Shown in pieces: positions 17,630-25,562 of a stretch of DNA of 64,000 nt. The position numbers and the translations under genes were made by a program. Below the pieces are notes generated by a model. It had not been told where the DNA came from and did no database searches. It worked only from the letters and a program-made list of their open reading frames with translations. The stretch's first letter is position 1. Each line of letters opens with the position of its first letter. Origin of the DNA: Candidatus Omnitrophota bacterium (GTDB lineage Bacteria > Omnitrophota > Gorgyraeia > JAFGHF01); contig CP070837.1 of NCBI GenBank assembly GCA_020341815.1, forward strand, positions 465,743 through 529,742, written 5' to 3'.

Positions 17630-19171
17630 TCATTTCTTAATGCAAATAATTGTAAAGTTCTTTACCGACGTTCCTTGCACCTCTGTTGAATCCATTGATT
17701 CTAATTCAATCTCTTCAAATCCCTCAAAAAACTTCTGATTTTCTTTTAAACTGGAAACAAAATTAGTGATTACCCTTACTTCCCGGGCATGGTCTTCGCG
17801 ATGAACTATCCCCTTAATAGTCAAGGAACGGCTGACCCTATCCTTTGATACTCTATCGGTAAAAAATAAATCAGTTAACCATGCGCCCGGAGGAATTATC
17901 CTGGGCAATTCATTAAACTTATTGGTCCAGAAGACTCTGTCGGTGATAAGCAAGTCCAGGCTGGATATCTTATTCTGCAATTCTTTTCTCGCTTTCTCTA
18001 TATCTTCATAAGAAAGACCTTCGGCATCCATGGTAACTTTAGGCCTGAGGGCAGTTACCTGTTCCAGCTGTTTCTTTTGCTCGCTGATACGATAAAACAT
18101 CAACAAATATAAAATCAAAAGGCCCACGCAGGATACCTTTATAGCCCGATATGCTGTATAGCGCAACTCCGGAGTAAACTCAAAAGCCTGCGCTTTTGAA
18201 ACCGGAGGCGCAACTTCGGCTTTGACCTTGCGGACCCGGTAAAGATTCACTTCATTCGGAGCTAAAATCAGCTTGCGCAGGCCCAAACCAATAGCTACGG
18301 CCATACTTAAAGGAGGCAGGCTCCTGCGAACTTTTATAGCTTTTGCCAGGTCGGCTTTCTCCACAGGTATTTTTAGTTCCTGACTCAAGGTCTTATCCCA
18401 ATTCTTAAGATCAACTTGCCCGCAGAGCAATATCTTGCCAACGATCTCGGCAGGAAAAAGTTTTTCATAATAATCCAAAGACATACGTAATTCATTAAGC
18501 AAATTATCAAATATTAATTCTTCTTCCGAAGGAAGAGAAACATCCCTGGTAAGATAACAAATCTTCTCTTTTAGAATATTGATATCGGCCATACCATAAT
18601 CAATATCTACGATGACATTGGGTTTATTTTTGGCTAATTGTCTGCCTGATGTAAAAAATCTCACCAGACTAAATGGAGCCGGCTCCAAAGCCAAAACTTT
18701 AAGGCCCGCCTGTTCCAAAAGAGAAATATGATTTTTGGCTATTTCCTTTTTTACTGCCACAAAAGTAATATCCATCTTGGCATCTTTGCCACGGGATAAA
18801 TTTGCCTGAAAATCCCAGAATAATTCTTCTATTTTAAAAGGAATGTGCCTTTTGGCTTCAAACTTTATCGCTGTTTCCCATTCGGCCTTTGGTATCTTGG
18901 GCATCTGAAAATATCTAATCAATACATCTTTTCCGGAAAGAGCGGTAAATACCTTCTTGGCGTTAATTTTATTCTCCCGAAAGACTTTCCTGATGGCACT
19001 TACTTTTGCCTCATCAGCTTGAGTCTTATCCGCCGAAGAAGCAGCCTCAATCTCTGCCTGGCCAAATTTAAGCAGGCGCGCACCAAAAAGCCCGCCTTTT
19101 AGCTGGGCAACATAAACATATCTTGCCCCTATATAAACACCTGTTGTAGTCTGAAAATTAAAACCTTTCAC
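17630..19171 (-). CDS. Fused PilM-PilN protein
   Basis: Actin-like PilM half (HIPF, VDIDYG, ILLCG, AIGLGLR), EVNLY linker, one TM, PilN half (WLTDL, LTIKG). Confidence 0.8.
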   Translation of the reverse strand: MKGFNFQTTTGVYIGARYVYVAQLKGGLFGARLLKFGQAEIEAASSADKTQADEAKVSAIRKVFRENKINAKKVFTALSGKDVLIRYFQMPKIPKAEWETAIKFEAKRHIPFKIEELFWDFQANLSRGKDAKMDITFVAVKKEIAKNHISLLEQAGLKVLALEPAPFSLVRFFTSGRQLAKNKPNVIVDIDYGMADINILKEKICYLTRDVSLPSEEELIFDNLLNELRMSLDYYEKLFPAEIVGKILLCGQVDLKNWDKTLSQELKIPVEKADLAKAIKVRRSLPPLSMAVAIGLGLRKLILAPNEVNLYRVRKVKAEVAPPVSKAQAFEFTPELRYTAYRAIKVSCVGLLILYLLMFYRISEQKKQLEQVTALRPKVTMDAEGLSYEDIEKARKELQNKISSLDLLITDRVFWTNKFNELPRIIPPGAWLTDLFFTDRVSKDRVSRSLTIKGIVHREDHAREVRVITNFVSSLKENQKFFEGFEEIELESMDSTEVQGTSVKNFTIICIKK

Positions 19172-19395
19172 TTTCTTTGTCCCTTTTTTGCTTGAGAGCT
19201 CTTTTTTTGCTCTGCTTCGGTCCTTGCCTCTCTGATCTGGGACCTTAGCCAGGCATCAACTGCTCTTTTATCAAAGCGCCAGACATGCCCCACCTTAATC
19301 CCCGAAATCTTCTTTGCGTGTAACCAGTTATAAATAGTCTGCTTCTGTAATTTCAGATAGGCGGCTAGCTCGTCTACGTCCATCAGCCTACTCAT
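19168..19395 (-). CDS. Excisionase/BldC-like HTH_17 DNA-binding protein
   Basis: LMDVDELAAYLKL..QTIYNW...KVGHVWRF...VDAWL; stop overlaps the pilMN start. Confidence 0.85.
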   Translation of the reverse strand: MSRLMDVDELAAYLKLQKQTIYNWLHAKKISGIKVGHVWRFDKRAVDAWLRSQIREARTEAEQKKSSQAKKGQRK

Positions 19396-19437
19396 ACAGG
19401 CCTCCTTGATTAACTTACTTAGACTTATGTATAATCA

Positions 19438-19466
19438 TATATACCATAAAAAATTTACCTTGTCAA
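19438..19466 (-). promoter_or_regulatory. Sigma70-type promoter of the HTH-pilMNOPQ-pilB operon
   Basis: TTGACA-17nt-TATATA with TG extension. Confidence 0.55.
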
Positions 19467-19513
19467 GTATATTTTTTATTACTTTTACTTCTACTCTCTT
19501 GCACCCAGGAAAT

Positions 19514-19551
19514 AAAAAGCCCATATTATCCAATAATAATGATAATATGGG
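19514..19551 (-). terminator. Probable intrinsic terminator after the pilX-like gene
   Basis: 11-bp stem CCCATATTATC/GATAATATGGG followed by CTTTTT on the minus strand. Confidence 0.55.
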
Positions 19552-19580
19552 GATAAAAACTATTTAAAACTTAGCTTAAA

Positions 19581-19940
19581 TTAATAGTCGACAGTAATAG
19601 TGATAGGATAGACTCCTTCCGGATCTTCTCCTGTTCCATTTTGATCCGCTACACTAATAGATATCCTGCCTGCGGGAATACCATTGATTTCTTCTGGAAA
19701 ATTTATATTGGTAGTCCCGCCTGAACCGGGAAGAGCGGCTCCTCCTGTGCGCAGACTCCATATGGCATGTTGCATTGCTGCCTCCGCAGCATAATAGGCC
19801 CGGGCGCGCCTGATTTGATGGTAAGAGGTGCCGAAATGACCTGTGGAAAGCGTCAATACCGCGCCCCCTATGATAAGAAGCATAATAATAAGACTGATGA
19901 CCACCAGCATAGCCATCCCTCTTTTTTTATTATTTCTCAT
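19581..19940 (-). CDS. PilX-like minor pilin
   Basis: KRG|MAMLVVI (no Glu5), ARAYYAAEAA PilX N-terminal motif. Confidence 0.7.
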   Translation of the reverse strand: MRNNKKRGMAMLVVISLIIMLLIIGGAVLTLSTGHFGTSYHQIRRARAYYAAEAAMQHAIWSLRTGGAALPGSGGTTNINFPEEINGIPAGRISISVADQNGTGEDPEGVYPITITVDY

Positions 19941-19969
19941 CTTTTATCTCCTTTATTTTTAAAATTTTA

Positions 19970-21484
19970 TCAAATTAATTTTCTCTTTAACACCTTGCCC
20001 GTAGGCGTCTTAGGCAGGTCTTCTCTAAACTCAATCAAGCGGGGAATTTTATAATTGGCTATTTTTCCTCTGCAATAATCCCTGATTTCTTTTTCGGAGA
20101 TGGAGGCATCTTTATGCAAAACTATAAAAGCAAGGAGTAATTCGCCTTTAGATTTATCTCTTTTACCTATCACCGCTACTTCTTTTATTTTGGGATGAGT
20201 TTTTAATATATTTTCTATTTCTGAAGGATAGACATTCATCCCATGCACAAGAATCATTTCTTTCTTGCGCCCTACTATATAGATATAACCGTCATTATCT
20301 ATTTTGGCCATATCACCGGTAAATAACCATCCCCCTTTAATCGTCTCTTTAGTTTGCTCGGGATGATTAAAATATCCAAGCATTATATTAGGTCCTTTAA
20401 CAATCAGTTCACCTGTTTCTCCGCGATTGGCTTCACTCTCATCTTCCCTGATAATTTTAGTCTCTACGCCGGGAAGAGGCAGACCTATAGAGCCGGGTTT
20501 ACGCAGACCGCGTAAAGGATTTAGAGAAACTACCGGAGCACTCTCTGTCAGGCCATAGCCCTCTAAGAGAGATATGCTTTTAAATTTTTCATTAAATCTT
20601 CTTAGAGTCTCGACACTTAATGGGGCCGCGCCAGATATGCATACCCTGACCCGTAGAAACATCCGAAAAATAGCCGGCAGATTAATACCCTGCAAGATAT
20701 CAAATAGTTGGGGTATGCCCACAATTATTGTTATCCGGTTTAAAAGAACGCTACGTAAAACCTTCTGAAATGGCCGCACCGATTTAATAATTGCTATCCT
20801 GGCACCGGCATAGATAGGTATAAATATACAAACCGTCAAAGTAAAAGAATGGAACATCGGCAAAAGGAGCAAAAATCTCTCCTGAGGCTTAATCTCCAAA
20901 GCAGAAACCGAAGCTAACACATTGGAATAGATGTTCCTATGGGAAAGCATTACTCCTTTGGGAAAACCTGTGGTTCCGGAGGTATAAAGCAATAGCGCCA
21001 GGCTCTCTGGATCTATGGCAAGAAAGGGATTGCCGGACCTATTCTTCATGAGGACTTTATCCCAATAAAAGAATCTATCATTTTGAAATATTTCGCCGGG
21101 CGCCTCTTTATCGGTTAAGATGACTTTTTTCGGGGGGAGCTTATGCAATACCTCCAAGAAATCCGTAGAGCTTATCAATAATTTACTGCGGGAATCTTTA
21201 AGGACGTAATTTAATTCATTAGAGCTTAAAAATACATTTAAGGGCACGCATACGCCTTGCGCCTTTAAGATGGCAAAAAGGGCGATAATAAACTGGGGGC
21301 AATTATTCAAGAGAATTGCTACCTTATCGCCTTTTTTTACTCCCAGCTTCTCTTTTAAGGCGAAAGCCAATTGATTAACTTCCTTATTTAAGGAATGATA
21401 ACTATAATTGCCTTCAGCCGAAATCAGACACCTGCGCCAGGAAAACTTTCTTGCGCTTTCCTCCAACAAATGCACCAAATCCAT
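19970..21484 (-). CDS. Long-chain-fatty-acid--CoA ligase
   Basis: LYTSGTTGFPKG, EGYGLTE, TGD, PKTPTGK. Confidence 0.9.
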   Translation of the reverse strand: MDLVHLLEESARKFSWRRCLISAEGNYSYHSLNKEVNQLAFALKEKLGVKKGDKVAILLNNCPQFIIALFAILKAQGVCVPLNVFLSSNELNYVLKDSRSKLLISSTDFLEVLHKLPPKKVILTDKEAPGEIFQNDRFFYWDKVLMKNRSGNPFLAIDPESLALLLYTSGTTGFPKGVMLSHRNIYSNVLASVSALEIKPQERFLLLLPMFHSFTLTVCIFIPIYAGARIAIIKSVRPFQKVLRSVLLNRITIIVGIPQLFDILQGINLPAIFRMFLRVRVCISGAAPLSVETLRRFNEKFKSISLLEGYGLTESAPVVSLNPLRGLRKPGSIGLPLPGVETKIIREDESEANRGETGELIVKGPNIMLGYFNHPEQTKETIKGGWLFTGDMAKIDNDGYIYIVGRKKEMILVHGMNVYPSEIENILKTHPKIKEVAVIGKRDKSKGELLLAFIVLHKDASISEKEIRDYCRGKIANYKIPRLIEFREDLPKTPTGKVLKRKLI

Positions 21485-21485
21485 A

Positions 21486-22379
21486 TTATAATATCTCCAG
21501 TGCCTTTTTTACTGTATTATAATGAATAAGCACCGTATCATTTATATCCTGAGCGTATCCTCCGCCAAACACTACCGCTACATGTGCCTTACTTTCCTTT
21601 GCCAGGGCAAAAACAAACTCATCTCTCCTTTCTAAGCCATCCAGAGTAAGCCTAAGCGCCCCCAGCTGGTCTTTAAAATAAGGGTCTGCCCCGGCAATAT
21701 AAAAAACCAATTGCGGTGCGAAATCCTTAAAAATCCTGGGTAATTCTTTTTCCAAGGCATCTAAATATTCTTTATTACCGCTGCCATCGGCCAGGCCGAT
21801 ATCTAAATCACTGGGAGGCTTAATTAAGGGATAATTATTCTCTTGATGGATTGAAAAAGTAAAAACCTCTTTCGAATCTTTAAATATATGGGCATTCCCA
21901 TTGCCCTGGTGCAGATCACAGTCTACTATCATTATCTTGCGCAACTTCTCCTGCACCTGGCAATATCGAGCTGCGCAGGCCACATCATTCAAAACACAAA
22001 AGCCTTCTCCGTGGTCGGCAAAGGCATGATGAAATCCACCGCCTAAATGAACGCAGGATGTCTCTTTCAGGGCCAGCTTTGCGGTAAGGATTGTCCCGCC
22101 CACGCATATGCGCGAAGCCTGAACCAGAGGTTTGGAATAAGGCAGCTCTAAAGTAAATATCTCCTGCGGCGATAAAGTTCCTTGAGTCAGCTTATCAAGG
22201 TACGCTTTTGTATGAACTAAAAGAAGCTCTTCCTCTGAGGCAAAAGGCGCAACAATAAAATCCTTATCCGGAATAATCTTTTCTTTTCTTAGCTTTTCAC
22301 GGATGAGGCGAAATTTAACGGTAGGAAAGACGTGCGCGCCAATATTTACTTCATAAGCATCTGAATAAACTACCTTTAT
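21486..22379 (-). CDS. Histone deacetylase/AcuC family Zn deacetylase (ATA start inferred)
   Basis: GGGFHHA, GFC, DCDLHQGNG, GADP, GGGY. Frame is open upstream of 22103 to ATA-KVVYS...HVFPTVKF...LVHT, behind an AGGTGA SD. Confidence 0.85.
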   Translation of the reverse strand: MKVVYSDAYEVNIGAHVFPTVKFRLIREKLRKEKIIPDKDFIVAPFASEEELLLVHTKAYLDKLTQGTLSPQEIFTLELPYSKPLVQASRICVGGTILTAKLALKETSCVHLGGGFHHAFADHGEGFCVLNDVACAARYCQVQEKLRKIMIVDCDLHQGNGNAHIFKDSKEVFTFSIHQENNYPLIKPPSDLDIGLADGSGNKEYLDALEKELPRIFKDFAPQLVFYIAGADPYFKDQLGALRLTLDGLERRDEFVFALAKESKAHVAVVFGGGYAQDINDTVLIHYNTVKKALEIL

Positions 22380-22389
22380 CTTATCTCAC

Positions 22390-22656
22390 CTATCCCTGCA
22401 TCTTCGGCAGCAATTCTTCTACAGCCTGAACTATCTGCTCCCATTTTTCCGCATCGTGAACGGTAAATTTTTGCTTTCTCTTCCAGCCGTCCTTCTTACG
22501 CTGCCAGAGATATAAACAGACCTGTTTTCGTCCCCAGGATTCAATTAATACCGCAGCTGCCCACCAGCCAAAAGCCTTACTTAAAGTGCGGTAATCGACT
22601 ACCTGCAAAGGAGGCTCAATAGGAATCTTTTCTTCTTTTGCTCTTCCTTCCTCCAT
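22390..22656 (-). CDS. Small Trp-rich hypothetical protein (possibly PC4/Whirly-like fold)
   Basis: 88-aa ORF with SD supplied by the upstream repeat; fold is a guess. Confidence 0.6.
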   Translation of the reverse strand: MEEGRAKEEKIPIEPPLQVVDYRTLSKAFGWWAAAVLIESWGRKQVCLYLWQRKKDGWKRKQKFTVHDAEKWEQIVQAVEELLPKMQG

Positions 22657-22660
22657 GAAT

Positions 22661-22876
22661 ACCCTCCCCCTTTTAATGAGCACGTAACTTATGGAACATA
22701 GTGAGCATAAGTCGCTGTGCGAATTAAACCCCGTACCAAAATACTGCCAAGTTTCATATTTTTGGCATAACTAATGCCATATAGCATTAGTTTACTCTTA
22801 GTTTCAACTGTTGAAGTATTTTGGTTCGGGGTAAGTTCGGACATAGTCTTATGTTCGCTTCGCTCCATAAGTCTAG
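22661..22876. repeat. ~210-bp structured nested repeat element, copy 1
   Basis: Homologous to 34931-35142; 18-bp terminal stem enclosing three hairpins, flanked by outer hairpins. Confidence 0.85.
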
Positions 22877-22883
22877 CCCTTAC

Positions 22884-23087
22884 TTACTTTCTCAGTTCTA
22901 TTCTGTAATCCTGGCCTTCTTTTTCTAATTTTACATGGCCTTCTCTGGCCAGCCAACCCAAGCTCATTAAAATAGTATCGCGCGGTTTATCCAAACCGGC
23001 AACTAAATCGGCCAAGGCAGCAGTTTTCCCGTGTTCATCTAAAAAATGCCAGATATCTCCTGCCACTATTCCTAACTCCGTTATCAA
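22884..23087 (-). CDS. Small winged-helix protein (DUF2582-like)
   Basis: ELGIVAGDIWHFL...MSLGWLAREG signature. Confidence 0.8.
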   Translation of the reverse strand: MITELGIVAGDIWHFLDEHGKTAALADLVAGLDKPRDTILMSLGWLAREGHVKLEKEGQDYRIELRK

Positions 23088-23323
23088 CGGCCACCTCCTT
23101 CTCTCTCGTTATAGCTTTTACACCTTGGACAAATAGAAAGCCTGCTATTTTTGCTATCTACATAAATATAAGTGCAGATAAAACACTGCCATATTGATTC
23201 AAGTTGTGCGCTATGCTTGGCACGAACCTTCATTCTTGCAAATATAACCCAGGCAATCAAAAAACCGAAAATTGCAATTAACAAGTATAAAAATATCGCT
23301 ATTTCAAATTGTAGTTTTATCAT
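23084..23323 (-). CDS. Small membrane protein with Zn ribbon
   Basis: One TM, then WQCFIC...CPRCKSYN; ATG overlaps the tonB stop. Confidence 0.65.
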   Translation of the reverse strand: MIKLQFEIAIFLYLLIAIFGFLIAWVIFARMKVRAKHSAQLESIWQCFICTYIYVDSKNSRLSICPRCKSYNEREGGGR

Positions 23324-23937
23324 TTGGAATCCAGAGCTATTTTTATAGTCTGCCACTGGCCCTGGCTCTCAGGAGCCGGGACAAAACGCCATTTTTCAAT
23401 ATATCTTATCAATGCCACATCGATTTCTGGATTTGAACTTGCCTGCATATTTACTACCTGTTCCACCAAGCCATTACTTGATATATATACATTAAAAACG
23501 GCGTAGTCGCCTTTGACTTCATCCTGTATCGCTACTTCCGGATACTTCACAAAAGGAGGTTGAAAAATTATTTCCCGTTCTTTCTTTCCCGTATAATCGC
23601 GAGAAAAAGCAAAATGTATATTTTGGGGCTCGCTATCCACATCAATAAAATTGTCAGGATTCAGCATTTTTCTTTCGGTCGGCAAAGCTACCAACTCTTG
23701 CTCAAAATGATTTATTTTAGCCTCTGGCGGGAACTCAACCAAATCTCCTCCTTCGGCCTGGGCCTTCGCCTGCACAGAAACAGACCCTTTCAATATCGAG
23801 CCCACAAAAGAGACCGAAGACCATCCCCTTAAAATGAAGCCATGCGGCAAGAATACTATCGAAATCAGGCACATCCCCAAAAGGTGTGCCAGAAAAGAAA
23901 TCAACAGCGCTATACGTAACTCTCTACCGATAATCAT
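23320..23937 (-). CDS. Energy transducer TonB family protein
   Basis: S-x3-H TM motif (ISFLAHLL); C-terminal YP...G.V...SSNPEID...KWRF.P. Confidence 0.75.
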   Translation of the reverse strand: MIIGRELRIALLISFLAHLLGMCLISIVFLPHGFILRGWSSVSFVGSILKGSVSVQAKAQAEGGDLVEFPPEAKINHFEQELVALPTERKMLNPDNFIDVDSEPQNIHFAFSRDYTGKKEREIIFQPPFVKYPEVAIQDEVKGDYAVFNVYISSNGLVEQVVNMQASSNPEIDVALIRYIEKWRFVPAPESQGQWQTIKIALDSK

Positions 23938-23953
23938 CTAACGATTGACCAAA

Positions 23954-24355
23954 TTATTGTCCTGCCTCGGAAGTAGCTATATTAATCTGGGTCAGGCCCA
24001 CCTCCCGGGACATATCCCAGATCTGGACTACCTTGCCTAAAGAGGCCTGACGGTCGGCTTTAATTAAAAGCGGGCGATTGTCCTTTTTTGCCTTTTCCAG
24101 ATGAGACCTTAATTGGTCTAAGCTAAGCTGGCGATTATTTAAGGAGACAACGCCTCGGGCATTGATAGTAATAACTAAATTTTCTTCCTGAATTACTTCG
24201 CTGGTTACCGCCTTGGGAAGATTTATTTTAATGCCCGGTTGAAAGATATAACTGGAAGTAAGCATAAAAAATATCAGAAGCAGAAAAACCACATCAATTA
24301 ACGGGGCGATATCCAACTGCCCCTTCTCAAATTCTACGCCTCTTTTAAATCTCAT
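23954..24355 (-). CDS. exbD: ExbD/TolR
   Basis: IAPLIDVVFLLLIFFM, INLPKA, IKAD. Confidence 0.9.
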   Translation of the reverse strand: MRFKRGVEFEKGQLDIAPLIDVVFLLLIFFMLTSSYIFQPGIKINLPKAVTSEVIQEENLVITINARGVVSLNNRQLSLDQLRSHLEKAKKDNRPLLIKADRQASLGKVVQIWDMSREVGLTQINIATSEAGQ

Positions 24356-24377
24356 AGTTCGTCGCTTTGCTCCTCAC

Positions 24378-24487
24378 AGTCGTTAGTATCTAGTCGCTAG
24401 TATCTAGTTAAAAAGTTTTTTATATAATCTTTAATATTTATAAGTGTTTTTATTTTACTAAATACCAGATACTGAATACTATCGACT
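24378..24487. repeat. Inverted heptamer arrays (AGTCGCT/AGTATCT type) around an AT-rich spacer
   Basis: AGTCGTT AGTATCT AGTCGCT AGTATCT ... ACTAAAT ACCAGAT ACTGAAT ACTATCG ACT. Confidence 0.75.
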
Positions 24488-24488
24488 A

Positions 24489-25115
24489 TTAATATTGCTC
24501 GCTTTTCTGCGCAAGAATATTAATCAAGTCGGTAGCCGTCCTTTCCATCTCCAGGACAAAGCCCTTTACGCGGCTGACCAGATAATTGTAAGCCACGAAA
24601 GTAGGTATAGCCACAATCAATCCTGCGCAAGTCGTGATTAAGGCCTCCCAAATCCCTCCGGCTAAATCTCCCGGACCAACCGGATGAAGAGAAGTGGCCT
24701 TCTCTTGAATAATCTGAAACGCCCTGACCATTCCCGTAACCGTACCCAATAGACCCAATAACGGCGAGATATGCGCGATAGTTGCCAGCGCCCCCAGATT
24801 CTTTTCCAGGCGCGGCACTTCATAGATTCCTGCATCCTCTATGGCTTCCTTTATCTCGCCTCTTGCGCGGTCATGTTTTAAGATACCCGCCTTTATAATA
24901 TAGGCAATGGGCCCGGGGGTCTTCTCGCATAAATTTATGGCGTCCATAATCCGGTTACGCCTTATGGTATTGGATATGCTTTCCATAAATCTATCGCTAT
25001 CGATTTTTGCCCGATGTAAATGGTAGAGCCTTTCAATAACCACAGCAAAAGCCACAACAGAGCAAAGGATAATCAAATACATTATCGGACCGCCCTTTTG
25101 AATCAAATCCCACAC
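24489..25115 (-). CDS. exbB: MotA/TolQ/ExbB proton channel
   Basis: SPLLGLLGTVTGM, GIWEALITTCAGL.VAIP. Confidence 0.9.
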   Translation of the reverse strand: MWDLIQKGGPIMYLIILCSVVAFAVVIERLYHLHRAKIDSDRFMESISNTIRRNRIMDAINLCEKTPGPIAYIIKAGILKHDRARGEIKEAIEDAGIYEVPRLEKNLGALATIAHISPLLGLLGTVTGMVRAFQIIQEKATSLHPVGPGDLAGGIWEALITTCAGLIVAIPTFVAYNYLVSRVKGFVLEMERTATDLINILAQKSEQY

Positions 25116-25130
25116 TTTTTCCTCCTTTTA

Positions 25131-25220
25131 ACACTGAGAACACTGAATTACTGACACTGAGAACACTGAAAGAAAAACTTCAGTGGTTTCAGTGATTATT
25201 TCTTCAGTGGTTTCAATGTC
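25131..25220. repeat. CACTGA x4 / TCAGTG x4 element, copy B (inverted relative to A and C)
   Basis: Hexamers at 25132, 25141, 25155, 25164; inverted at 25180, 25189, 25204, 25213. Confidence 0.85.
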
Positions 25221-25535
25221 TCATTTAACAAAAAAGATAACTATCAATAAAACTATGCTTATAATTGCAGAGATGATATAAAAATCATTAAAATATAAGA
25301 AATCTTTTATTTTTTCCCAGCGTTGATTCACCGGTCCGGATGAGGATTCTCGCTTTTCAACTTTAGTTATCCCCTGGCTTTTGATTATATCAATCTGCCC
25401 TTTTCTAAATCTCAAAATAGTGCCTCCGAGCCTATAGGCAGGAATCTCGCCTTTTTCTACCAGATTTCTTAAATCATCCTCTGAAATATCCAGATATCGA
25501 CAGACTTCTTTTACATTCAAAAGTTTCTCTGACAT
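25221..25535 (-). CDS. HTH_17 DNA-binding protein with C-terminal membrane anchor
   Basis: LLNVKEVCRYL.IS...GEIPAYRLGG..LRF, plus terminal hydrophobic helix. Confidence 0.8.
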   Translation of the reverse strand: MSEKLLNVKEVCRYLDISEDDLRNLVEKGEIPAYRLGGTILRFRKGQIDIIKSQGITKVEKRESSSGPVNQRWEKIKDFLYFNDFYIISAIISIVLLIVIFFVK

Positions 25536-25562
25536 CTTTTGGCTCGCCCCGTTTTTTTTATT

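Noticed and set aside
22661-22876. 210-bp element as a tRNA, integron attC site or known riboswitch
   Set aside because: No T-loop or CCA, no RYYYAAC/GTTRRRY boxes, and no aptamer consensus I recognise. An Rfam search is still needed.
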